Shown here: piece after piece, positions 11,975-24,740 of the stretch
How positions within the stretch are numbered: the stretch's first letter is position 1
How the letters are laid out: the number at the start of each line of letters is the position of its first letter
Assembly: GCA_964016885.1 (NCBI GenBank)
Contig: OZ024745.1
Location: 98,704,001-98,768,000, forward strand
Direction of reading: 5' to 3'
Length of the DNA: 64,000 nt
DNA from: Eledone cirrhosa
Taxonomy: Eukaryota
Notes under the pieces: generated by a model
Databases searched by the model: none
What the model saw: only the letters and a program-made list of their open reading frames with translations
What the model was told of the DNA's origin: nothing
Translations under genes and position numbers: made by a program

Positions 11975-12900
11975 GAGTTACTAGCCTCTCAGATTGACTG
12001 GGGACATTACTGACCTCTCAGATGGGCTGGGAGACTCTACTGACCTCTCAGATGGCCTGGGAGACTCTACTGACCCCTCAAATGGGCTGGTAGACAATAC
12101 TGACCTCTCAGATGGGCTGGAGACACTACTGAGGTCTCAGATGGGCTGGTAGACACTACTGACCTCTCAGATGGACTGGAGACACTACTGACCTCTCAGA
12201 TGGGCTGGTAGACACTACTGACCTCATAGATGGGCTGGTAGACACTACTAACCTCTCAGATGGGCTGGTAGACACTACTGACTTCTCAGATGGGCTGGAG
12301 ACACTACTGACCTCATAGATGGGCTGGTAGACACTACTGACCTCTCAGATGGACTGGAGACACTACTGACCTCTCAGATGGGCTGGTAGACACTACTGAC
12401 CTCTCAGATGGGCTGGTAGACACTACTGACCTCATAGATGGGCTGGTAGACACTACTGACCTCTCAGATGGACTGGAGACACTACTGACCTCTCAGATGG
12501 GCTGGTAGACACTACTAACCTCTCAGATGGGCTGGTAGACACTACTGACTTCTCAGATGGGCTGGAGACACTATTGACCTCTCAGATGGACTGGAGACAC
12601 TACTGACCTCTCAGATGGGCTGGAGACACTACTCATCTCTCAGATGGGCTGGGAGACACGACTGACCTCTCAGATGGGCTGGAGACACGACTGACCTCCC
12701 AGATGGACTGGAGACACTACTGACCTCTCAGATGGGCTGGGGACACTACTGACCTCTCAGATGGGCTGGGAGACACTACTGACCTCTCAGATGGGCTGGG
12801 ATACACTACTGACCTCTGAGATGGGCTGGGGACATTACTGACCTCTCAGATGGGCTGGGAGACACTACTGACCTCTGAGATGGGCTGGAGACACTACTGA
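11975..12900. repeat. 29-30-bp minisatellite, ~30 copies
   Basis: Unit gggctgg(t)agacactactgacctctcagat. Confidence 0.95.
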
Positions 12901-12921
12901 CACACATATATATATATATAT

Positions 12922-12986
<65 letters not shown>

Positions 12987-12993
12987 TATATAT

Positions 12994-13104
<111 letters not shown>

Positions 13105-14018
13105 TGAATTCCTTCCTTACTCACATTCCAACCAGGTTTGTTGGTCTTTATTCTCTCTCGTTCACGATTTCACTGAACTTATATTCATGGAAATTTGGGA
13201 CTTGACTCGTTCTTCCTCACTTTTTGTTGCTTCACCATCTTTGATTGTTTACACTCTCACTGTCCCCTTTATTTATGTGTCCCAACGACTTTTTTTAGCC
13301 ATTGCTCGCACCAACTGGAGGTATATGGTCTTTAAAGCGAAGAAATACCTGTGATGGTTGGAAGATCACTGATGAGGACCACTTTATTCATATGTAACCC
13401 ATTTGCAACCACGCAGCACGTTTATTCTCATATTTACACATATTTTTTCCCCCGCTGTGACCCGTCTATTTCGTTCTTACTGTTTCCTCTTTCTCTGTAT
13501 CTTTACCCTCTCTAACAGTCACTCTCTTTGTTAGCCTCTTCCTCACCCTTCACTCACTCACTCTCTGTTACTACCTCTCCTCCTCCTCCTTCCCGTTTGA
13601 CCTGTGCGTAATTCTTTTCTTAGCACGCTTGGTCAGGCTGGTTTGCTTTTTTTCTCTCTCTCTACGATTTCACAGAACTTATGTTCACCGAATTCACAGA
13701 CTAGATTCCTTCTTCCTCCCGTTAGACCTGCACGGAATTCCTTCCTTGCTCACATTCCAACCAGGTTTGATGGTCTTTATTCTCTCTCGTTCACGATTTC
13801 ACTGAACTTGTATTCATGGAAATTTGGGACTTGACTCGTTCTTCCTCACTTTTTGTTGCTTCACCATCTTTGATTGTTTACACTCTCGCTGTCCCCTTTA
13901 TTTACTTATCCCAATGACTTTTTTTAGCCATTGCTCGCACCAACCGGAGGTATATGGTCTTTAAAGCGAAGAAATACCTGTGATGGTTGGAAGATCACTG
14001 ATGAGGACCACTTTATTC

Positions 14019-14020
<2 letters not shown>
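13105..14020 (+). repeat. (TA)n-flanked element with a ~285-bp direct duplication
   Basis: ~13105-13390 is repeated at ~13735-14020. Both copies end in gatcaCTGATGAggaccactttattcata. Confidence 0.7.
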
Positions 14021-14051
<31 letters not shown>

Positions 14052-14056
14052 TATAG

Positions 14057-14460
14057 AGAAGACCCGCCTTACCTAAATACATAGTAAAATCTACTACAGT
14101 CAGTAGGCATCTCTAACAAAATACACCCCCGTCCCACCACCCCCACCCCATCCACACTGCCCCTTTCAATGTAAAGTTATGTTGGTGCCACAACATCCAG
14201 GCTGAAACAAATGAGATCGTGTAGGTGTCACGACAAAAAACACACAGTCCACGCTGTAATGTGGCCGTGTAGGCAACACGGTAAAAACCTCCCAGTCCCA
14301 CACTGTAAATGTGGTTGGTGTTAGGAAGGGCATCCAGCTGTAGAAAACCTGCCAGACAGTCCTATGCAAGCAAAACAACCACTCTTGCCTCAAGTGGGAA
14401 AACTCCCGTCCAAACCCATGCAAGTGTGGAACATGGACGTTAAACGATGATGATGATGAT
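14057..14460 (+). mobile_element. RTE-tailed SINE (family B)
   Basis: Ends in ...ggacgttaaac(gat)n. Confidence 0.85.
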
Positions 14461-15299
<839 letters not shown>

Positions 15300-16118
15300 G
15301 GTGGCTGCCAACTCGTTTTCGAGTATGGCCACTACTTTATATCCATGTAGGAGAACCCCTACCAATGTGCTGAACGAGTGTGACTTTTTAGTCCAGCCAG
15401 CGACTTAAAAACTCTGGTACAAACACTACACTTGTGACAATTATTGACACCTAGTGCTGGGCCCATGGTACCATGTGACCCAAGGTGTCATGTGAGATCA
15501 CTACTCGACTTGCATGGCCTTCCACAAACATTACATGCCGTCGTCTGATGAACACTTATAGCTCCACAGGTGCCTGGTTCCTTGTTCTTGTGCATTCTCA
15601 GGTGACTCTTTATATCTGCGATGCTCAGTCAAACCCTATTACAGGTCTCACATGTCAGGGCAGGCCGTCTGTCAGTGCCTTCGGGAAGGCCAACATGGAT
15701 TCCTTTCCGGACATTTCTTTTTAGTGTCCCGTGCCTTCTTCTTGTTTCCTCAAATAGACTCTTGCCACTAGCCACTGCTTTCCTCCAATGCGATCGGTCG
15801 CTAGTGCATGCTTCCCAGTGCTCACAAGGAATGTTACTTTTCTTGAGCGCCCCTTGATGCAGTCCTTAAAACGCATCTTGGGTTTTCTCGCATTCCTTTT
15901 TCCTATTTGGAGCTCGCCATAAAGCAGCTGCTACGGCATTCACTTGTCATTCATCCTTACAAGATGGCCTGTCCAGCGCAGCTGATGTTTCAAAATCAAG
16001 GACTCGACACTATCACAGCCACTTCTGTCCAGAACCTCGACGTCACTGACAAACATTTGCCAAGTAATGCCGAGGATCCGACGTAAGCAGTACTGGGGGA
16101 ACCTCTCAAATCGCTTCA
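15300..16118 (-). mobile_element. RTE LINE 3' end (ORF C-terminus and 3' UTR)
   Basis: ERFPQYCLRRILGITWQMFVSDVEVL...QLRWTGHLVRM, then QLLYGEL. The 3' UTR 15300-15480 matches 54565-54746. Confidence 0.85.
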
Positions 16119-16212
16119 TATATATATATGTATATATATATATATACACACACATATATGTATATACACACATATATACAGTATATATACACATATATAT
16201 GTGTGTATAAGT

Positions 16213-17050
16213 TAACTTGTCTAAGACTAAAATTCTAGTTTGTAGAAAGGAAAATAGGGCACTGGTACCCGCTGGGAAATGGCCATGCTCAGTGTGTAGG
16301 AAAGGAGTAGGCAGAAATTGCATTTTATGTCCCAAATGCAAACTATGGGTACATAAAAGATGTAGTGGGATCGCAGGTAAGCTATCTAAGAACGTAGATT
16401 TTATATGTGGCCGATGCTCAGGTGCAATAAGTAGTAGCAAGTGCCCACAGGATACTAGCTCCTTCTATTGCCTAGATGGTTCTATAGAAATAGTGGACAC
16501 CTTCCCTTACCTGGGTGATGAAATCAGCAGTGGTGGAGGGTGCTCAGAAAGTACAGTAGCCAGAGTCAGAACTAGATGGAAAAAGTTCAGAGAGCTAATA
16601 CCATTGTTGGCTACAAAAGGTTTCTCTCTAAAAATGACTGGCAAATTGTATGATACCTGTATACGAACAGCAATGCTACATGGCAGTGAGACATGGGCAT
16701 TGCGTGCAGAGGACCTGCGCAGACTGGAAAGGAACGAAGCATGCATGCTCCGTTGGATGTGTAATAGTAATGTACGTGAATGGCAAAGCATAAATGAACT
16801 AAGTGAGAAATTAGGAATAAGAGGGATCAGATGCAGTTTACTTGAGAGAAGACTACGTTGGTATGGTCACGTGATGCACACGAAAGACGACAGCTGTATA
16901 AAAAAGTGCAGGGCGATCAAAATTGATGGTAGTTACGGAGTAGGTAGACCCAGAAAAACCTGGGACGATTGATAAATTCCGATCTTACACAATTGCACCT
17001 CTTTAAGACAATGTCATTGGACCGAGATCTTTGACGCTATGCAGTAATAC
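16213..17050 (+). mobile_element. RTE-clade LINE fragment with a Cys/His finger inserted in the RT
   Basis: ORF 16217..16972: SKTK...WPCSVCRKGVGRNCILCPKCKLWVHKRC...FICGRC...FPYLGD...MLHGSETW...RRLRWYGHV...GRPRKTW. Confidence 0.9.
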
Positions 17051-17495
17051 AGAAGACCTGCTTTGCCTATGTACAAAGCGAAATCTACAGTCAGTAGGCA
17101 CCTCTTAACCAAATATATACCCCAATCCACTGTCCCTTCCATATCCTCCCACTCCCACCAACACCACCCTCTCTCTGTAAAGTTGGTACCACAACATCCA
17201 GTCCAAATAAATGAGATAATGAGATCGAGGTCGAGATCATGTAGGTGTCGTGACAAAAAAATAACACACAGTCCACGCTGTAATGTGGCCGTGTAGGTAA
17301 CACGGTAAAAAGTTCCCAGTCAACACTCTAAATGTGGTTGGTGTTAGGAAGGGCATCCAGCCATAGAAAACCTGCCAGATAGTCCTATATGAGCGAGACA
17401 CGGTCACCCGACCAACCTTGTCTCAAGTGGGACAACTCCCATCTAACCCATGCTAGCGTGGAAGATAGACGTTAAACGAAGATGATGATGATGAT
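17050..17495 (+). mobile_element. RTE-tailed SINE (family B) body
   Basis: Collinear with 14057-14460 and ends in (gat)n. Confidence 0.8.
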
Positions 17496-17652
17496 ATATA
17501 TATATAGACACATATGCATATATATATGTATATATATAATATACACACACACACATATATATATACACACACATATATATATATACACACACATATATAT
17601 ATACACACACACATATATATATATATATATACACACACATATATATATATAA

Positions 17653-17749
<97 letters not shown>

Positions 17750-17756
17750 CACACAC

Positions 17757-17787
<31 letters not shown>

Positions 17788-17971
17788 TATATATACACAC
17801 ACACACACACATATATATAAGGGATAACAAAATATTGTTATAGGTAATCCAGTTAGAGGTTGTGAATACTCCGTATTGTGGATAGTTTTAGTGTACGGCT
17901 AAATATATATATATGTATGTCTATACACACATATATATATATATATAGTATATTTATTGTAATCTTTCCAG

Positions 17972-18075
17972 TGATTGATGTATACCAAGAATGGGCTGGT
18001 CCCTGCACATCTCTGGTGAACAATCTCAGAAAACTGAAGAATGAATTAGCTGATGACTTATTGCTTTATGCTGTG
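17972..18075 (+). CDS. NME8: NME8-like coding exon 2, thioredoxin active-site exon
   Basis: ttccag|TG...; (V)IDVYQEWAGPCTSLVNNLRKLKNELADDLLLYAV; donor GTGAGA. Confidence 0.93.
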
Positions 18076-18129
18076 GTGAGACAATTTTCATATTCTTTCT
18101 TGTTTTGTTGGTTGACTTCATTTTTCTTA

Positions 18130-18780
18130 TCATCATCACCGTCTTTTAATTTTTGCATCTATTTTTCCATGCTTGCATTGCTTGCATTGGTTGGATGCTT
18201 CTTTTTCACCTCAGCATCTCTCCTCTTGTTGTATTCCTTCATCTCTTCTGTGAGGTTCAGCTTTTTAACATCAGTTCCCATCACATCTGCCCAGCTTTGC
18301 TTTAGCTCTCCTTTACTGCAGCTACTTTCCACTGGGATTTCTCTGCAATTCTTCACTCAACAATCATCATCCATACACATCATATCCCCATACTAGCATG
18401 GTCCTCTCTTTTGTACACTACATTTGGTTTTTCTTATATCCAGTTTCTTTCTCAGCTGTTAATGTACATTAACATGATTCATTGAAGCATGCTCACTTCA
18501 TTTCTCTCTAGCCTTCACATATCCTCAGTATAACTGGCCATGTTTCACATCCATGCCACATTGCACATTGCACACACACATCATACAGCCAGCCTTTAGT
18601 TTTCAAAAAGAGGTAGTCGCTCCGTGTCAGAACCCTGTCTTTTTTTCTGTTTGCTAAAACTCTAGTCTTTGGGAAGTTTACTCTGAGTCCTTTTGATCCT
18701 TATTTCTATTTCCACTGTAAGAATTTCTTCTCTATTTTTTCCACAATAAGAGCCAGCTTCTGAACATACAGAATCTCTTA
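18130..18780 (-). mobile_element. Decayed RTE 3' fragment
   Basis: KQSWADVMGTDVKKLNLTEEM plus an RTE-type (gat)n tail. Related pieces lie at 23255-23620 and 60175-60495. Confidence 0.7.
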
Positions 18781-18949
18781 TGAGTAGCTAGTCTTACACT
18801 TCTCCAGTTACAACAACATATATACACACACACACATATGTATGTATATATGTATGTATGTATGTGTGTATGTGTGTGTGTGTGTGTGTGTATGTGTGTG
18901 TGTGTGTATGTGTGTGTGTGTGTGTGCGTGTGTGTCTGTGTGTGTGTGT

Positions 18950-20505
18950 ATTGGAATTTTGTATTTCTAAAGAAATACGGTATCTTTATAATTGTTGCAT
19001 ACATTAATGACATAGATGCCAACTTAAAGAATGCCACAGTACTGAAATATGCAGGTGACATCAACCTGTACCTTGAAATCAAAAGGACAGATCCTGAAAT
19101 GTACAACTCTTTCCTACAATCAGACCTGGACACAATGCAGCAATGGATCACAGACTGGCAACTGAAGCTGGCTGTGGACAACTGAAGCTGGCTGTGGACA
19201 ACTGAAGCTGGCTGTGCATTTTGGAAGGAAAAATCCAGCATCCACATACTCCCTCCACAACACTGATATCAAGAAGTCCTCTTGTGAATGTGACCTGGGC
19301 GTTACTGTCAGCAGCGATTTGCGTTGGACAAAGCATGTCTCTAAGATTGTCAAGAAGGCCAAGGGTGTCTTGGCATCACTCAGCAAGACCTTTGTTAGCC
19401 GCTCTCCAGCCATCTATTTAAAGCTGTATACAGCTATGGTACGATCACACTTGGAATTCGCATCATCAGTCTGGAACCCCTATCTTGCTCAGAACATTGA
19501 CCTCCTGGAAACTGTTCAGAGACGTGCAACCAAGCGCATACCCTCCATCAGACACCTACCACACTCTGAACGTCTTGCTTCCCTGGGCATGGATTCATTG
19601 AAGCTCCAACGTCTGGCAATGGACTTGGTAAACACCCACAAGGTTATTAACCATCTCGCCAACAACAACCCTGAGCACCTTTTTGACCTCCATGTGTCTA
19701 ACACACGTGGACATGCCTACAAAGTCAGAAAACAGCACAGCTCCCATGACTTTTGGAAACATTTTTTCACGCTTAGAGTTGCTGAAGCATGGAACAAACT
19801 GCCTGCGTCAGTTGTTAGCTGCCGAGACACTGCATCCTTTAAAATCCTCATGCTTCCCGAAATTCGCCAAAACTACACCTGATGTCCCCCTTCCATACAC
19901 ATGCACACATGTGTATATCATGACTCATGCACTGTTCATTTTCCTGACGTTTGTACATGACCCTATGTACTATACATATATTTTTAATGAGTTGTAGTGC
20001 ACCTGAGCACTGTACACAATATTTTCATTATTATCATTATTATTATTATCATAAACATTTAGAAAGTCGTAGTTATGCAAAAACACCGGAGGCTAGTCCC
20101 TCTTCTGTGTCCAGCAGAAGTAAGGGGGACAATCGTTGATGCATTTTGAACTTAACCGGTACTCATCAGGACGATCCCTCCCACTCTTGCAATTGCTGGA
20201 CTTGAAAACAGGCGAGAATATATAGTTTTCTCGTCTGTGTAAATGAGGTGATTAATCTCATTTGCATATGAAGCTGTATAAGTTGGCTCAACTTATAATA
20301 GAATATAATTAGGATTTAGCTTCGAGCATAGCTGTATATAGATTAGAATCAGTTAAGTTCGAAATGCATTGCAGATTGTCCCCCTTGCTTCTGCTGGACA
20401 CCAACAAGAGGCAATAAACTCCGGTGTTTTTGCATAGCTAAGGCTTTCGAAATGTTTATCTATAAACATACTGTATTTCTTTAGAAATACGAAATTCTAA
20501 TATAT
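18950..20505. mobile_element. Fold-back element interrupted by the CR1; decayed hammerhead at 20131-20176 (-)
   Basis: The left arm (18950-18990 plus 20051-20160) is inverted at ~20345-20505. The minus strand reads GATCGTC-CTGATGA-GTAC..GTTC-aAAA-TGCA-TC-AACGATT. The right arm keeps GAAA-TGCA. Confidence 0.65.
18991..20050 (+). mobile_element. CR1-clade LINE, 5'-truncated
   Basis: YINDI...KYAGD...LQSDLD...W; HFGRKN...DLGV.V...RSHLEFASSVWNPY...LETVQRRATK...TRGH..K...FFTLRV..AWNKLP. It has an internal 20-bp triplication at ~19160-19215 and a (tat/cat)n tail. Confidence 0.93.
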
Positions 20506-20549
20506 ATCTGTATACAGCTATGCTCAAAATTAAATCCTAATTCTATTAT

Positions 20550-21030
20550 ATATTGTTATACTTTGGGAGGGTCATGTTGCCAATAAGAAACACACGCACC
20601 AGTTACTTTCACTCCAATTTATTATAAATTAAATTATAAATTAAAAAATTTATAAATTTCCGGTTGGTTGGTGGTTAGTTCCACAATCGGACGGTTGTTC
20701 ATATATTGTCAAAGTTCTTTCGTTACACATTCTGTGACCTCTTCAGTGAATCCCAACCTTGAATAGAATCCCAGTCACTGAAGAGGTCACAGAATGTGTG
20801 ACGAAAGAATTTTACAATATATGAACAACCATCCAGTTGTAGAACTAACCACTAACCAACCAGAAATTTATAAATTTTTAAATTTATAATTTAATTTATA
20901 ATTAATTGGAGTGAAAGCAACTGGTGCGTGTGTTTCTTATTGGCAACATGACCCTCCCAAAGTATAACAATATCGGTTTCAACACACGTTTTCAGATAAA
21001 GAATCTTGCTAAACAAATTCAGAAACGAAA
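20550..21030. mobile_element. Fold-back element with ~200-bp arms and decayed hammerheads
   Basis: ~20550-20749 is inverted at ~20775-20973, followed by a tail and (TA)n. GTCA-CTGAAGA-gGTCAC..GTGAC-GAAA lies at 20774-20806. The mirror copy ends GAAA-GAAC-TT-TGAC. Confidence 0.7.
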
Positions 21031-21379
21031 TATATATATATATATATATATATTTGTTTTGCAATGTTTTTGATATGAAACACTCACTGTTTGGTTTGGA
21101 TTGGTGTTTTTAACTGTTGGTCAATCAATGATAAACATTGATTGCCAGATAAATTAACTATGGAGATATAAAAGATACAAAAGCGAAAACCAATCCAAAC
21201 CAAACTGTGAGTGTGTTCTATTATTATTTCTGGCAATATTATAACAATATGACCCTCCCCAAATATAACTATACATATATATATATAATAAACAAGGACA
21301 ATTTGTTAAGCCTTCATTACGTTTAGTGATTGGTGACGTGCATCTCGCTATTGATCAGCTCAAGGTTCGATCTGTATTG

Positions 21380-21760
21380 ATCTGGCCCGACACTGCATTT
21401 ACTTCTGTTTCCAGCAGATCTTATTGTATTTCAAGTAATGTTTCTTGACACCAAAATGGAAACCCATTTTACATTAACTTAATCTTGCCAATCAGATTTA
21501 TCAGCATCCAACCTACTATTGGTGAATAGAGAATATATCTTTTTTGTTTATTATAGAATGAAACCATTTTTATCAATATATTCTGTATTTTGTCTTTTGG
21601 TTGAATCTATATTACTTACAATCCAATCTAATCTGACCGAGTTTACACTCGCAAATAAGAAGAAACAGGGCTGCCCCAGGAGCATTGGATTTGGTGTACT
21701 TCATATTTGTTTCGGTTGTTGAATACAATCAGGGGGCCGCTGCTTCTGAAGGTCAATAGT
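21380..21760 (-). pseudogene. Possible highly decayed Penelope-like reverse transcriptase
   Basis: In order on the minus strand, across frameshifts: KVH..SNAPG..PVSS (~21661-21702), KIYSLFTN (~21516-21543) and FGVKKHYLKYNKICWKQK (~21400-21460). These resemble PLE motifs PKIHK...RPIVS, DV.SLFTN and F.LKNNYF.FN...YKQ. Confidence 0.4.
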
Positions 21761-22192
21761 TCTCTTCTAACTCGAGCGGGAGTGTCTGTCCATTGTCAAT
21801 TTTCATTGATCATCTGCAAAGCCGCATTATTCTCAGAACCACTACACCAGTATTTCGATGCATGCAGCTGGGACTACTGCCACCCATTGATTTGGCAGGA
21901 TTTTTTTTTTAGATGGCTGTTGACTCTTATGAGTTCTTCCGCCCTTTGTCAGGTTTTGTTTTTTGTCCTTACAAAGTGAGGCTTTTATCTTCAATTTTTC
22001 AAACTCTACATTAATTGCATCAATTTCAATCTCAGGTCTTCATCTTTGTGTTCTGAAAAAGTTGCCCGAACTCTTTGAACTCTCATAGTCACAAATACTG
22101 ATTGACTCAACACTATTTTCCATCCTGTTTTAAATGTATCTCAATGTCTTACCTAGAGTTTATTGCCAACATATTTTCGTCATTGGTTTCAG

Positions 22193-22264
22193 GCAAAATG
22201 TGATAGAATCGAGTCTTTGATGCAATACAGAGGGAAGTGCAAACCCTGTTTCCTCTTCTTTGCT
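22193..22264 (+). CDS. NME8: NME8-like coding exon 3
   Basis: tttcag|AKCDRIESLMQYRGKCKPCFLFFA|GTAAGT, phase 0-0. Confidence 0.92.
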
Positions 22265-22385
22265 GTAAGTATGAAGGAATAATACTTGTTATTAGAAAAA
22301 TATAGAGAAAATAATTTACAATACCATCATGAGTTAATGGCCCTTTTAATTTCTATATAGTATATATTATATAATGTATACAGTA

Positions 22386-22575
22386 GGGCGGTGGATTGGC
22401 AGTATCGGTAGAGAGTCGATGCCATGCTTTCCAGCATAGTTACGTCCCTTTACGATCTGAGTTCAAATCCTGCCGAGGTTGACTTTGCCTTTCATCCTTA
22501 CGGGGTCGATAAAATAAAGTACCAGTAATGCACTGGGTAATTGCTGGCCTTGTGCCTAAAGTAGAAACAATTATA
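22386..22575 (+). mobile_element. Meta-domain-like tRNA SINE (family A), type copy
   Basis: A-box-like tggcagtatcgg, B-box gagttcaaatcc and core gcctttcatccttacggggtcgataaaataaagtaccag. Other copies lie at ~23050-23235, 29266-29450, 49288-49475, 51620-51745 and 62090-62240. Confidence 0.85.
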
Positions 22576-22654
22576 TAATGTATACAGTATATATTACATA
22601 ATGTACATCGTAGATATTACATAATGCACATAGTAGATATTACATAATATATGT

Positions 22655-23020
22655 AATCATCATCATCATCATCATCATCGTTTAACGTCCATGTTCCACG
22701 CTTGCATGGGTTTGGACGGGGGTTTTCTCACTTGAGGCAAGAGTGATTGTATTGCTCGCATAGGACTGTCTGGCGGGTTTTCTACAGCTGGATGCCCTTC
22801 CTAACACCAACCACATTTACAGTGTGGGGCTGGGAGGTTTTTACCGTGTTGCCTACACGGCCACATTACAGCGTGGACTGTGTGTTTTTTTGTCGTGACA
22901 CCTACACGCTCTCGTTTGTTTCGGCCTGGATGTTGTGGCACCAACATAACTTTACATTGAAAGGGTGGCGGTGGTGGGACGGGGGTGTATTTTGTTAGAG
23001 ATGCCTACTGACTGTATTAC
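22655..23020 (-). mobile_element. RTE-tailed SINE (family B)
   Basis: Near-identical reverse complement of 14090-14460. Confidence 0.85.
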
Positions 23021-24042
23021 GTAATGTATATAGTACATATTATATATTGTTGGATTGGCAGTATCGGTAGAGAGTCGGACGCCATGCTTTCCAGCATGGA
23101 GTTACGGGCCTTTACGATCTGAGTTCAAATCCCGCCGAGGTTAACTTTGCCTTTCATCCTTACGGGGTCGATAAAATAAAGTACCAGTAATGTACTGGGT
23201 AATTGCTGGCCTTGTGCCAAAAGTAGAAATAATTATATATTGGATACAGTATCATCATCCTCATCATCATCATTTTACATCCGCTTCTCCTTGCTTCCAA
23301 GGGTGGGACGGGTCCTCTTCAGCACAGCATCTCTTCATTCGTCACGGTCCTTTGTCATCTCCTCTGAGCTTCAGTGATCTGAAGTCAGCTCTCACCACCT
23401 CCGCCCATGTTTTTCCATGGTCTTCCTCTACTGCGTCTTCCTTCCACTGGGATTCCTTGGCACTTCTTCATCCAGTGGTTTTCTTCCATGCATATCACAT
23501 GGCCATACCAATGCAGTCTACTCTCCTACACACTACAGTTTATTCCTCTTATACACAGTTTCACTCTCAACTTGTCTATGCTTGGTCATTCATGCACATT
23601 GACCTTGCACATCCATCGAAATATTATATAATGTATGTAATATATATATAATTTACATAGTATATATTATATAAAATATTTAGAACATATTAGTGAAGGT
23701 GCATGGTTTAGTGGTTAGAGCATTGGGCTTCCAATCCTGTATCAGGCAATGTATTTTGTCCTTGAGCAAGACACTTTATTTCATGTTGCTCCTTTGGACA
23801 GCATAGGCGGTGTGGAGAGGGGGGAATAGTATGCATGGGCGATGGCTGGTCTTCCACAAATAACTTTAACTGGACTTGTGCCTTGGAGGGGAAACTTGTG
23901 ACCGAAGGGGGTCTTTTCTCTTTACCCGAGTATATTACATATAATATATGTTATACAATGTATATATCTATATATAATATAATGCCTATAGTATGCATCA
24001 TATAATGTCTACAGTATATAACAAGTTATGTTACCATGTTAG

Positions 24043-24159
24043 GGTGGAGCATTGGTTAATGTTGTACGAGGTGCACAGTATCCACTGCTGAGGAACACCA
24101 TTATGAAGGAGGTACAGAAGGAACGCAAGGTACTGAATGGACAAGCTCGCAGAATAAAG
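24043..24159 (+). CDS. NME8: NME8-like coding exon 4
   Basis: gttag|GGALVNVVRGAQYPLLRNTIMKEVQKERKVLNGQARRIK|GTTTGT. This is the end of the Trx fold. Confidence 0.92.
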
Positions 24160-24394
24160 GTTTGTATTAATTTACTAATATCTAGAGAAGCACAGTTGAG
24201 TAGAATCCATTAAATAATAAAAGCCAGCGTGTATTTGTCCGTCACGCACTAGAGATGACTGAGGAAGGAAGGGGTGATGACAAACTACAGAAAGCAGCGT
24301 CTGTGTGTGTATATGTATAGCGAATTGGCTACACACATTGGTTGTTATGATTATGTGAGTGTTTGTGTAAATTATATTTATATATAATATTTGT

Positions 24395-24740
24395 GGAGGC
24401 ACATGGCTTAGTGGTTAGAGCATTGGCCTTGCAATCGAAGGTTGTGAGTTCAATTCTCAGACCGGGTGATGTGTTGTTTCCTTGAGCAAGACACTTTATT
24501 TCACATTGCTCCAGTTTACTCAGCTGTAGAAATGAGATGATAGGGACCGGGGTCCCTATCATTCCACTGCAAAGTGGTCGTGGAGGTGCCACAGCATAAA
24601 AGCACCCAGCACTCACTGTAAATGAGGTTGGTGTTAGGAAGGGCATCCAGCTGTAGAAATCAAGCCAGAATCAGTTCCCGTCTCACCCTTGCAAGCAGGG
24701 AAAAAGCGGACGTAAAATGAAATGATGATGATGATGATGA
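24395..24740 (+). mobile_element. Full-length tRNA-headed, RTE-tailed SINE (family B)
   Basis: A box tggcttagtgg, B box gagttcaattc, central ccttgagcaagacac domain and (gat)n tail. Near-identical copies lie at 54780-55120 and 58535-58968. Partial copies lie at 23695-23930, 25680-26100, 27558-27800, 46515-46680, 47410-47625, 52330-52630 and 56540-56770. Confidence 0.9.

Noticed and set aside
11975-12900. CRISPR-like regular ~30-bp repeats (also 52850-53375)
   Set aside because: There are no unique spacers and no cas genes, and the context is a eukaryotic intron.
24395-24470. tRNA genes at SINE heads (also 23695 and 53455)
   Set aside because: The A/B boxes run straight into SINE bodies and no complete cloverleaf is evident.
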